Origin: Nostoc sp.
GTDB lineage: Bacteria > Cyanobacteriota > Cyanobacteriia > Cyanobacteriales > Nostocaceae
Assembly (NCBI GenBank): GCA_036918135.1
Contig: JBALDB010000006.1
Location: forward strand, 32,001-96,000
DNA: 64,000 nucleotides
Direction: 5' to 3'
The notes under the pieces are model-generated. The model was not told the DNA's origin and made no database searches. It saw only the letters and a list, made by a program, of their open reading frames with translations. Below are positions 31,455-40,759 of the stretch, piece by piece (the stretch's first letter is position 1; every line of letters begins with the position of its first letter). Both the position numbers and the translations under genes were made by a program.

Positions 31455-32876
31455 CTATTTTTTGTCTAAAGTTATTGTAAACATACTTCCTTCTCCTAAC
31501 TTTGATTCCACAGATACATTACCCCCCATACCTTCTACGAGTGTTTTAACGATTGATAAACCCAAACCAGAACCTCTAGCGGCTTGAGAGCGGAATTCAT
31601 CTACGCGGTAAAATCGCTCAAAAATCCGTGTTTGATGTTGTAAAGGAATGCCATACCCTCGATCGAAAACTTGAATAATCACTTTGTCATGAACTTGATT
31701 TAGCTTTATACTCACGGACGTACCATCTTCAGAATACTTAATAGCATTATCAATCAAATTGAGCAATACTTGTTTAAGACGACTGTAGTCTGCTTTCACT
31801 TCAATAGGGTAAATTGTTGACTCAATTGTAATTAAGCGATCGCTATATTTTTGTGACATAACAACCACTTCTTCAACTAGGTCATTTAGTACATAAGATT
31901 TCATCTGAAAATATAAATAACCACTATCTGCTCGTGCTAAATCAAGTAAATCTTGTAGCAGGCGAATGATACGTTCAGTTTCCGATGCAGCAGTTTCTAA
32001 AGCTTCTTGCTGAATTTCTGTTAAGTTATTCTGCCGTCGCAAAACGCTTTGCAAATAACCATGTACAATCGTCAAAGGTGTACGTAACTCGTGAGAAACG
32101 TTACTCACAAATTCTCGCTCTTGCTCCCAAGATTGCCAGAGACGCGATAGTAGCATGGTTAAAGTTTGAGCTAATTCTTTGACTTCACTAGGTGCATTAT
32201 CAACATATAGTTGTGCTTGTCCTAAATCTTTTACAGAAATTACAGAAGTCATTTGACTTAGTTGACGTAGCGGTTGTAGAGAACGTCTAATATAAAATGT
32301 CATTATAGCTATCGTCAAAATAATTGCCGAAATACTAGCAATATTCAAACTCTGCACCATCGCCATAAACATAGTTTGTTCGCGAGTAATATCTTGTGCT
32401 ACAAAGAGCTTACCTAGTAACTTACCTTGCACTTGCAAAGAACTACTACTTAAAACGAAGTAGCTTTGATTAACTTTGTAAATTTTTGCTTTAATCTGCA
32501 TATTACTCACAGACATCAACTGAGTCATTGTAGAATTAGATAATAAATTTAAAGTTATAGATTTTACCAGTATTTTATTATCATCACTTTTTACCCATAA
32601 TAATATTTTGGTGTTTCCTAAGTTATTAACAGCCTTTTGCAAACCAGTTTCAGGTTGCATCATTTCACTATAAATTTCTACATCATGGGGTAAGCGTTGA
32701 GCGATTTGTTCTATATTCTGTTTATGACTATCAATTAAAAATTGCTGCATTTTCCAACGAGTCCATGCAGCGAAACTACCTAATATTAAAGCTGAAAACG
32801 TAGCAATACCAACTGTTATACGTAATTGCAATGAGAATGGATCGAGATATATCCAAGTTTTTTTGGTTTGATTCAC
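31455..32876 (-). CDS. Sensor histidine kinase (2 TM, HAMP, HisKA, HATPase)
   Basis: FVSNVSHELRTPLT, LKQVLLNLIDNAIKYS, DRGYGI, FERFYR, GSGLGLSI. Confidence 0.96.
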   Translation of the reverse strand: MNQTKKTWIYLDPFSLQLRITVGIATFSALILGSFAAWTRWKMQQFLIDSHKQNIEQIAQRLPHDVEIYSEMMQPETGLQKAVNNLGNTKILLWVKSDDNKILVKSITLNLLSNSTMTQLMSVSNMQIKAKIYKVNQSYFVLSSSSLQVQGKLLGKLFVAQDITREQTMFMAMVQSLNIASISAIILTIAIMTFYIRRSLQPLRQLSQMTSVISVKDLGQAQLYVDNAPSEVKELAQTLTMLLSRLWQSWEQEREFVSNVSHELRTPLTIVHGYLQSVLRRQNNLTEIQQEALETAASETERIIRLLQDLLDLARADSGYLYFQMKSYVLNDLVEEVVVMSQKYSDRLITIESTIYPIEVKADYSRLKQVLLNLIDNAIKYSEDGTSVSIKLNQVHDKVIIQVFDRGYGIPLQHQTRIFERFYRVDEFRSQAARGSGLGLSIVKTLVEGMGGNVSVESKLGEGSMFTITLDKK

Positions 32877-33496
32877 TATTTGAGTTTGAGTTGATAAAAA
32901 GATGTTTATTTCTATATTATTATTGATTTTAGGGTAAATAAAATGGCTAAATAGTACAGGATTTTATATCACATTTTTGTTCGTCAAGTATCTTGATATC
33001 GGGTTCCTGTTAAGTAAGAGGAACTTCTAACAGCGCCACTGAAGCGTATTTTAAATAATATATTATTAATTGAATTGAACATTTCAGCATTTCTTCGGCT
33101 TTAGAGGATATTTAAAAATTTTACAAAGGTATGATTTATCACTCTGATGAGAAGAAAGCTGAACGAAAAACTGAGGATTTTAGTGATTGTTCTGAGATGT
33201 TTCACTAGGCTGTGCTACCAGCATAACTTTTCAAACACCTCTTAGAGTAGGAAAAACTTTTACGATCTAGACGAGCAAGATAATGCCCGCCGAAGGCTTC
33301 GCAAAAGTTTTCAGTCTACTAGCAGTAATTTTCAACTGTGAACGGACACAATCAATACAATAAATGAATTTAAGAGTTTAAATAAAAATGCATTAAGTAG
33401 GTGGACATAATTAAATGTAAAATGCCAATCTGTGAAACCCTTTCATAAACTGGCTTTTTCCTTCTGCCTTCTGCCTTCTGCCTCCTGCCTTCTTAC

Positions 33497-34213
33497 TTAC
33501 AGCCCTGCAAACCACTCATAGCCTTGATCTTCCCAGTAACCCTTAGTAGGCAACAAATTGCTGAGGAATGTAATCTGAGTTACCCACTTACTTTGCTTGT
33601 AGCCCAGTTTAATTGGTGATGCTAGACGGATGGGCGCACCATTTTCAATTGATAATGGTTGTCTATTTTTTTGATAAGCCATAAGGGTTTGGGGATGTAT
33701 AGCAGAGGCTATGTCCCAGCTTTCATAGTAGCCATCCGCAGATTTGAAGTAGACGTAACGGACGCTTGACTTAGGCTGTACCAGCGTAACTAAGTCTCGT
33801 AATCGCACACCTCCCCATTGGACAATCGCAGCCCAGCCTTCAACACATACATGACGAATTACCATTGAAGTCAAGGGAAGTTTTTGAATATCCGCCATGC
33901 TCAACTGCATCTGGTTATTAACCTCACCATTTATCGTCAGGCGAAACTGTGTTGGATCGATTTGCGGCGTGGAGTCGAAGGAGTTAATCAACAACTTATC
34001 CGGCTCAATGGCACTTACAGGAAATTCAGGTACAGGCTTTTGAGTTAGTAAAAGTGTTTCAAAACTTTGATTCAGTGGCTCAAATATTTGCCCCACATTA
34101 TCTGAGAATAAATTCGATCCACAGCCTCCAAGCAGGAAGCCTAACCCCGAAAGTCCAGATAATTGCAGTAACTGGCGACGGGATATGGTGCGTTTGGGAA
34201 GAATCAGACTCAT
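33497..34213 (-). CDS. Molybdopterin-dependent oxidoreductase (sulfite oxidase/MsrP-like), Tat lipoprotein
   Basis: SRRQLL Tat motif, LGGC lipobox, Mo-ligand Cys in HVCVEGW, GAPIRL..PIKLGYKQSKWV, GYWEDQGY. Confidence 0.9.
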   Translation of the reverse strand: MSLILPKRTISRRQLLQLSGLSGLGFLLGGCGSNLFSDNVGQIFEPLNQSFETLLLTQKPVPEFPVSAIEPDKLLINSFDSTPQIDPTQFRLTINGEVNNQMQLSMADIQKLPLTSMVIRHVCVEGWAAIVQWGGVRLRDLVTLVQPKSSVRYVYFKSADGYYESWDIASAIHPQTLMAYQKNRQPLSIENGAPIRLASPIKLGYKQSKWVTQITFLSNLLPTKGYWEDQGYEWFAGL

Positions 34214-34220
34214 AAGACCT

Positions 34221-34817
34221 CTACACAAACATAGACTTAATTAGACGGAGACTTCCCACCTTGAGGGCGAGTAAGGAATGAGCAATTGTAAACAATATGA
34301 CTGTAGGAACAGTAATAAAGTGAACAGTACGTAGAGTCTGCCAGCTACCAAACAGAGAGGAAAGCCAATGAAGTTGGACAGGCTTGTACATGGCAAGTCC
34401 ACTTAAGATTGCCAATAACAGAACTGGAATGATACTAGTGTAAACTAGCCGATGCCATGCGTAGTTTTTGCGCTTTGCATTCTGGCTGACTCGCAATGCT
34501 TTGAGGTCACCAGTATCAGCAAACCGACGCTGCCAACGACGAGTGACTAAAATATAGAGTCCATACCAGAGCAAGTTCAGTGAAAAGAACCACATAGCAG
34601 CAAAATGCCACTTTCTACCACCGGCTAGCCAACCTCCCAATAACAGAAAGTCGGGAAAAGACCAACCGCCACGCCCACCAAACACCGGATTGGCGTTGTA
34701 GATTTGCAAGCCGCTAGAAATCATCAGGATGAGGCTGATGATATTGACAGAGTGAAAAGTTTTTGAAAGGAAAGTCTGATGTGGTACTGAGCGGACTTTG
34801 CGTTGAGATGAAGTCAT
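34221..34817 (-). CDS. Membrane di-heme cytochrome b (cytochrome b/b6-domain partner of the molybdoenzyme)
   Basis: 4 TMs with His ligands (FHSVN, WHFAAMW, VHF, AHS); SGLQIYNANP; start at 34817 (MTSSQRK). Confidence 0.85.
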   Translation of the reverse strand: MTSSQRKVRSVPHQTFLSKTFHSVNIISLILMISSGLQIYNANPVFGGRGGWSFPDFLLLGGWLAGGRKWHFAAMWFFSLNLLWYGLYILVTRRWQRRFADTGDLKALRVSQNAKRKNYAWHRLVYTSIIPVLLLAILSGLAMYKPVQLHWLSSLFGSWQTLRTVHFITVPTVILFTIAHSLLALKVGSLRLIKSMFV

Positions 34818-34824
34818 GGCTATT

Positions 34825-35517
34825 TCACATTGGTAGAGTTGGAAAGAATGGAGCCAGCCAAAGTTGCACTTGGACATCCCAACCCAGCACAATGGCAATT
34901 GCTGTCGCCACGATCGCCACACCACCCAGCTGTTGCAATACTGCACTATGGCTTCGGAGGTTGAGTAATCTTTGGCTGATGACTCGCCCACCATAGGCGA
35001 TCGCCAGCAGTGGTATCCCTGCTCCGACTCCATAAGCCACTAGTAGCCCAAATGCACCTGCGACTTGATGGTTGACTGCTGCTAATACGAGGATTCCTCC
35101 CAAGACAGGCCCAGCACAAGGAGTCCACAATAGCCCCAACTGAGTTCCTAGCCAGAACTCTCCTAGAAGTCCTACTCGCACAGGTTTTTTTGTCCACTTG
35201 CCAACGGGAATGTAGCTAAACAGTCGGTAACTCCAATTAGGGAAAATTGCTAACGTTCCCAAGAATAAAAGGAGTGCGATCGCTAAATTACGCAAAAAAT
35301 TAGCCAAGCCTGTAAACCAGGCTGCTGTAACCCCCAATAAACTACCTGCCAGTGCAAACCCAGCGACTAATCCCCCTACCAGTGCTACTGCGCCGTAAGT
35401 ATGAGATTGGAGCGATCTGCCCAACAGTACGGGCAAAATCGGTAACACACAAGGGGAAAGCACATTCAAAACTCCACCCAAGAAAGCAAGACCGATTGAT
35501 AAAGTAGAAGTTGCCAT
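34825..35517 (-). CDS. CcdA/DsbD-type transmembrane electron transporter
   Basis: LSPCVLPILP and WTPCAGPVLG redox Cys motifs. Confidence 0.92.
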   Translation of the reverse strand: MATSTLSIGLAFLGGVLNVLSPCVLPILPVLLGRSLQSHTYGAVALVGGLVAGFALAGSLLGVTAAWFTGLANFLRNLAIALLLFLGTLAIFPNWSYRLFSYIPVGKWTKKPVRVGLLGEFWLGTQLGLLWTPCAGPVLGGILVLAAVNHQVAGAFGLLVAYGVGAGIPLLAIAYGGRVISQRLLNLRSHSAVLQQLGGVAIVATAIAIVLGWDVQVQLWLAPFFPTLPM

Positions 35518-35526
35518 AAATTTCCT

Positions 35527-36135
35527 CTACCCTAATAGCTGGCGGATAGTCTGCTCTGTTTTTTCGTATGCCCCTTCGCCAACATGGTCATACCGCAGCG
35601 CTCCCTGAGGATCGGCTAGAAATAGATGAGGCCAGTACCCATTCTCGTAAGCATTCCAGGTTTTGTACTCATTATCAACCGGAACTGGATAAGTAATTTG
35701 ATGTTGCCCTAGAGCCTTTTTTATATTGTTTGCATCTCGCTCAAAGGCAAATTCCGGCGTGTGGATGCCAATCACCTTTAGCCCGTGCGCCTCATACTGC
35801 CGATGCCATTTAGTGATGTAGGGTAAGGTGCGCTGGCAGTTGATACAAGCGAAAGTCCAAAACTGTATCAGGACAACGCTGCCTTTGAGGTCAGCAATTG
35901 ATAAAGGAGTAGAATTAAACCACTGACTGATACCCTGAAACTCTGGCAGATTCTTGCCCGGTGGGGGTAGCACTACTACCGAGTCAGAGGCTTGCGTCTG
36001 ACTGGGATTTGCAGCAAAGGGAGAAGGGGGATTCACTTTTCTTATGTTGGAAAAAGCTGTTGTGGCTGCACCGATTCCGACAATCCCTAATCCAAAGTAA
36101 AGTAACTGACGCCGTCGGAGATGGCTGTGATTCAT
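35527..36135 (-). CDS. Tat-exported thioredoxin-like redoxin (DipZ-type domain)
   Basis: RRRQLL Tat signal; FWTFACINCQRTLP, GIHTPEFAFE, HVGEGAY. Confidence 0.9.
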   Translation of the reverse strand: MNHSHLRRRQLLYFGLGIVGIGAATTAFSNIRKVNPPSPFAANPSQTQASDSVVVLPPPGKNLPEFQGISQWFNSTPLSIADLKGSVVLIQFWTFACINCQRTLPYITKWHRQYEAHGLKVIGIHTPEFAFERDANNIKKALGQHQITYPVPVDNEYKTWNAYENGYWPHLFLADPQGALRYDHVGEGAYEKTEQTIRQLLG

Positions 36136-36252
36136 GAGAATTTTCCTGTTGAAGTCAAAGCGCCAAAGCTTAAGAACTAGGAATGAGGATTTTCCTAGTA
36201 CCCAATCCCTAGTACTTAGTTAAAGAAAGGAAATGTGCCAAACAAGTAGCAG

Positions 36253-36552
36253 CTAGGGATTGCTGGGAGCGGGCGATTGCTTCATGGCATCGCCTGCTTT
36301 ATCTTTGCTCATGTTGTCATGGCTCATGGCATCGCCTGCTTTATCTTTGCTCATGTTGTCATGGCTCATGGCACCGCCTGCTTTATCTTTGCCCATGTTG
36401 TCATGGCTCATGGCATCGCCTGCTTTATCTTTGCTCATTGCAGGAGAGGCATCGGGAGAAATCTGATTGTTGCTTGCAGGACTGCTAGAGCAGGCGGTGA
36501 GGCTAATAGTTAAGCCCAAACTAGCAATTAGACAAAGTGCTTTCCAGTTCAT
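36253..36552 (-). CDS. Met/His-rich repeat lipoprotein (MXKDX-pentapeptide-like)
   Basis: Lipobox LTAC; about 3.6 copies of 14-aa MSKDKAGDAMSHDN (42-bp repeat, about 36282-36438). Confidence 0.85.
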   Translation of the reverse strand: MNWKALCLIASLGLTISLTACSSSPASNNQISPDASPAMSKDKAGDAMSHDNMGKDKAGGAMSHDNMSKDKAGDAMSHDNMSKDKAGDAMKQSPAPSNP

Positions 36553-37000
36553 AATCTTCTTTCGTCCTTTGGATATTTGTATTGATTAAGAGGAAATTAG
36601 TTATAGGCAGATTGAGCAAGGATTTTAGACTCAATCAGACTGGGTACAACTGCGATCGCCCTTACATCTGCATTGTGGTCAAATAACACCATCGGTTTTA
36701 ACACAACTTTGAATAACAGCAATCAAGATTGTCACTCCTTTGGAATCTCTTTGCAGCCGACAACATCCAAAGTATCTCACTTGGGTCTGAAGAGCGTCTG
36801 AAACTAAGGCATGATTTTGATGAATTTTTCACTTGAGAAAATTTAGTTTATTCTCAGTATTTTCTCAGGGAATTATGGTAAATCAAGGTTACCTGACTTT
36901 TTATGGGATGTGAAAAGGGGAGATTGGTTCGCGTGTGTAATGACCTTGTTGACCCTTTTTTATTTCTTTATGATAAATTACGGTTAAGAGCCTACGCAAA

Positions 37001-37138
37001 TACAGCAGTTTGCAACTAAATAAGGTACACAGACAAGGATTCACAAATCAAATTATTTCTCTCCCTTCTGCCTTCTGCCTTCTGCTTCCTGCCTCAAAAT
37101 CAGTGACTTTGTACCTCATGCAAAAGAAAACTGCTGTA
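37001..37138. mobile_element. MITE-like element
   Basis: Imperfect IRs tacagcagtttgcaactaaataaggtaca vs reverse complement tacagcagttttcttttgcatgaggtaca; internal cttctgc heptamers. Confidence 0.7.
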
Positions 37139-37166
37139 ATTTCAGATATCCAACCGGATTCCTATA

Positions 37167-37583
37167 TTAAGATATTCCTGGCTCAATGCGTGCCCCAAGC
37201 TGAAGAATTCGTCCGAGGTCATCAGCGTTTCGCCAGGTTTCAATTATCTTTCCATCAGCAATGCAATGAATGAATGTAGCCGTGAATGTCTGTTGTCGCC
37301 CATGACTAGGTATGCCAAAAAAACTATCTTGGATGCAGCTATTGGTTGCACGCACCACAACTTTATCACCTTCTGCAATTACGTCTTCAATTGTCCATTT
37401 TTGTTCGATAGGCCCGAATGAATTAAACAGTTTGCGTACTCCTTCTGGACCAAGAGGAAGACCTGGTAAACTACCGTGCATCTTCCAAGTAGGGGCGGTT
37501 ATCTCGCAGATATCTTCAATTTTATGTTCGCTAATAAGTTCGATCCAACGTCGAGCAATTATTTTGTTATCCTCAATTGACAT
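37167..37583 (-). CDS. SnoaL-like ester cyclase (NTF2 fold)
   Basis: NKIIARRW, TIEDVIAEGDKVVVR, DGKIIETW..DDLG. Confidence 0.88.
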   Translation of the reverse strand: MSIEDNKIIARRWIELISEHKIEDICEITAPTWKMHGSLPGLPLGPEGVRKLFNSFGPIEQKWTIEDVIAEGDKVVVRATNSCIQDSFFGIPSHGRQQTFTATFIHCIADGKIIETWRNADDLGRILQLGARIEPGIS

Positions 37584-37654
37584 CGCTGCTCCTCCTCTAC
37601 TAAGTAATGTCGCTGATGAAGGTGAAATCTGCTGTAATTACGAATGACGAATTA

Positions 37655-38542
37655 CTAATTATAAGTTGCTTGCAAACGTTGTAAAAGATATTCTCCTGCT
37701 AAGATTGGGGGATAAGTCGGCGATTTTCCGATTTGGCAACTCTCCAAACAAGCAATTTCTACATCATCATTAGGATGACAGAAAAAAGCAATAGAATAGC
37801 GAGACTGCTTAACTCTGTTGTCATTGGGAATCATTACCCGATGCTTAGTCGAACAAAATACATGATTTGTCCACCTCTGCATTAAATCGCCAGTATTAAC
37901 TATAACAGTATCAGGAATTGCAGCCGCTCCAATCCATTCTCCTGCTGTTGTTCGGACTTCCAACCCGCCGATATCATCTTGGAAAAGTAAAGTAATACTG
38001 CCATAATCGGAATGTTCGCCAGCACGCACTTGTCCGGGTTTGGGTGGTGTTTGTAATGGGGGATAGTGGAGCGCTCGCAAGGTATGATTGTGGCGATTGT
38101 GTCTGGTAGTAAAAAAATCTTCTGGCAATTCCAGCGTCAAAGCAAATGTTTGTAATACCGTGTTAGCTAGTTGTGTACAACTATGATAGAAGACAACAAT
38201 AGAAGCATCTATCACCACAGCACCTTGTTTGCTGACATTAAACGCCTCTTTCAAATCACCTGGTTGATTCGGGGCAAGACGTTCTCTTTCAATCCCAACA
38301 TACCCTGTATTACTCAATTCATCACTCCAAGCTTGCTTTTGCTTCACTTCCAAAGGTAAATTAAAAAAAGATTTGCTGTAAGTGAATACTTGCTCTATTA
38401 ACTCTTTTGATATTCCCGAATTTTGCAAGTACATGAAACCGATTTCATGACAACCTTGATAAATTTCTTTCACCACAGCTTGCCGATTTCTTGCATTGCC
38501 ATGAGTGAAAGCAGTTAAATCAATTACTGGAATTGTAACCAT
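37655..38542 (-). CDS. 2-oxoglutarate/Fe(II) dioxygenase (isopenicillin N synthase family)
   Basis: IPVIDL, GEHSDYGSITLL (HxD), VNTGDLMQRWTN, HRV, RYS. Confidence 0.93.
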   Translation of the reverse strand: MVTIPVIDLTAFTHGNARNRQAVVKEIYQGCHEIGFMYLQNSGISKELIEQVFTYSKSFFNLPLEVKQKQAWSDELSNTGYVGIERERLAPNQPGDLKEAFNVSKQGAVVIDASIVVFYHSCTQLANTVLQTFALTLELPEDFFTTRHNRHNHTLRALHYPPLQTPPKPGQVRAGEHSDYGSITLLFQDDIGGLEVRTTAGEWIGAAAIPDTVIVNTGDLMQRWTNHVFCSTKHRVMIPNDNRVKQSRYSIAFFCHPNDDVEIACLESCQIGKSPTYPPILAGEYLLQRLQATYN

Positions 38543-38637
38543 TGATTATTCAAGATATAGTTAACAATTTAGTAGGGTGTGTTATACCGTAGGCTAATGC
38601 ACCGTAAATTTAGCTTGATTTATCGGAGGCATAAACT

Positions 38638-39147
38638 TTGCTCAAAATTATACTCGTAGAAAATGAAGAACATAAGAATTATATAAAAAACCTGTTCTTC
38701 GACTATTTTCATAAAACTAAGTTAATCTTTAGCCGTGAATATAACATTAATATAGATATTAATACATTCTCAGAGCAATATCTTACTCAACTCGATGAAT
38801 TTTTAGCACCTTCAGGACGCTTGCTTTTAGGACAATACGAAGAACAAATAGCTGGCTGTGCTTGCTTACGAAAGATTAACCAAGATATTGGCGAAATTAA
38901 AAGGATGTATGTCAAACCAGAATTTCGTAGAAAAGGAATAGGTCGAGCATTATTACAAGCTATCATCAATGAAGCTATTGATATTGGTTACTCCAAACTT
39001 CGCTTAGACACTGCGCCTTATGCTAAGGAAGCACATACACTTTATCGTGTATTTGGTTTTCAGAATATCGAGCCATATTTAGAAAAAACAGAGATTCCGT
39101 TAGAATATCGAGCAAACTGGATTTTTATGGAATTGATTCTAAAATAA
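38638..39147 (+). CDS. GNAT acetyltransferase
   Basis: GGAGG RBS before TTG; EIKRMYVKPEFRRKGIGRALL, LRLDT. Confidence 0.9.
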   Translation: MLKIILVENEEHKNYIKNLFFDYFHKTKLIFSREYNINIDINTFSEQYLTQLDEFLAPSGRLLLGQYEEQIAGCACLRKINQDIGEIKRMYVKPEFRRKGIGRALLQAIINEAIDIGYSKLRLDTAPYAKEAHTLYRVFGFQNIEPYLEKTEIPLEYRANWIFMELILK

Positions 39148-39653
39148 TGAATATTCGTTGCGAAACTTCGATAGACTACCCAGCTATAGCCCAGGTGAAT
39201 ACATTAGCTTTTAGTCAAGATAACGAAGCAAAACTTATCGATAAAATTCGCTATTCTGACCACTATATTCCAGAACTTTCTCTAGTTGCAGAAATTGAGG
39301 GTGCTATAGTCGGTCACATTTTATTTAGCTATATTGATTTAGTAGACGAACAAACATTACAAGTTCTTGGTTTAGCACCTTTGGCAATTCACCCACAGTT
39401 TCAAAGACAAGGAATTGGTAGTGCATTAATCAAAGCAGGCTTAGAAATAGCCGAAGCCAAGAAAGAAGCCATTGTGATTGTACTAGGTCATCCAGAATTT
39501 TATACTCGCTTTGGCTTTCAACCTTCTGTTATTTATGGAATTGAATCTCCCTTTCCAGTACCAGAACAATTCTTCATGGCTAAACCACTGCAAAGTTATC
39601 AAGAAAGTTACAAAGGAAGAGTTATTTATCCGCCTGCTTTTGATGGAGTGTAA
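39147..39653 (+). CDS. GNAT acetyltransferase (YhbS-like)
   Basis: IVGHILFS, LAPLAIHPQFQRQGIGSALI, VLGHPEFYTRFGF; TAATG overlap with the previous gene. Confidence 0.92.
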   Translation: MNIRCETSIDYPAIAQVNTLAFSQDNEAKLIDKIRYSDHYIPELSLVAEIEGAIVGHILFSYIDLVDEQTLQVLGLAPLAIHPQFQRQGIGSALIKAGLEIAEAKKEAIVIVLGHPEFYTRFGFQPSVIYGIESPFPVPEQFFMAKPLQSYQESYKGRVIYPPAFDGV

Positions 39654-39913
39654 TATTAATTCGTAATTCGTAATGGGCTACACCCCACTACACTAATGTA
39701 AAATGAATTTATTAAATATAATTTTAGTTTTACTTATATAATAACAAATATTTGTAACTAAAATATCATATTTATGCATCCTACTAGTATGGTACAGCTA
39801 AAATAGTAGAATAGAAAAATTGGATTATGTTTTTTAACTTGAATTTTTCAGAGATTTTTAATACAATATTTTAACCTTGATGCGCTACTACTAAAAATTT
39901 ATGTTTTTACTAT

Positions 39914-40597
39914 CTAAATAGATAATTTTTCAACAAATATTTGATGTTCTGGTGTAGATGATCCCTCTTGTAAAATAGTTAAGACTTTAGCTAAATCTCC
40001 TGATAATAAAGCTGCCTTATCTAACCATAATCCTGGAAATACTTGAGAGCATGTTATATCATCAGCATTGGAATCAAGTTTAATATATTCTCCTTCATTT
40101 AACATAAACCAATCAAATTGATGATCGTAAACTCGCCAAACTAAATATTCTTGTACTTCATTACGACGATAAACTTTGAGCTGTTCATGCAAATCATAGG
40201 AAGCACTAGAAGCAGCAATTTCTACAATCAATTCTGGCGCACCTTCTAAATAATCATCTTGAGTAATTCGGGTTTGCCCACCTTGTTCTATTCTTAATAA
40301 AGCATCTGGTTGCGGTTCATTATCAGCATCTAATAAAACAGTAGTATTATCTGCAAAACCTACACCTGGTGTTGCTGCTTTGTAAGTTCCAAGCCAAGCC
40401 ACGATGTAGGCGTGGGGTTCTCCATGACTTTTGATTCTCATTGGGGATGTCACGTAAACAACTCCTTCAATCAATTCTGCTTTTTTTAGATTTGGCATGG
40501 CATGGTAACGTCGCTCAAATTCAGCACGGGTGAGTTTGTCGCCATTTTCTAAAGGCGGAATTGTCAACAGTTGAGCAGTTGTGTCAGTAGATATCAT
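39914..40597 (-). CDS. Uma2-family endonuclease
   Basis: PLENGDKL, AELIEGVVY, EPQPDALL, PELIVEIA, QEYLVW. Confidence 0.92.
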   Translation of the reverse strand: MISTDTTAQLLTIPPLENGDKLTRAEFERRYHAMPNLKKAELIEGVVYVTSPMRIKSHGEPHAYIVAWLGTYKAATPGVGFADNTTVLLDADNEPQPDALLRIEQGGQTRITQDDYLEGAPELIVEIAASSASYDLHEQLKVYRRNEVQEYLVWRVYDHQFDWFMLNEGEYIKLDSNADDITCSQVFPGLWLDKAALLSGDLAKVLTILQEGSSTPEHQIFVEKLSI

Positions 40598-40759
40598 AAT
40601 TTTTTGATGATTAATTACTGATATAGTAGAGAACAGGTAATAGGCAATGGCTTGCAAGTCTATTGGTGTCCTTTTTATGTTCAGTTTATACCCTAATCTA
40701 GCTAGGAACTGCTATATTAATAATTTTACTACCAAAAAATTGACTTAAAAACTGATTGA

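Noticed and set aside
36260..36513. Plus-strand repetitive ORFs and 42-bp repeats as CRISPR-like
   Set aside because: Antisense of the Met-rich lipoprotein; the repeats are contiguous with no spacers
36600..36740. Short minus-strand frame MTILIAVIQSCVKTDGVI*PQCRCKGDRSCTQSD* behind an AAGGAG
   Set aside because: Too short and interrupted; no evidence for selenocysteine read-through
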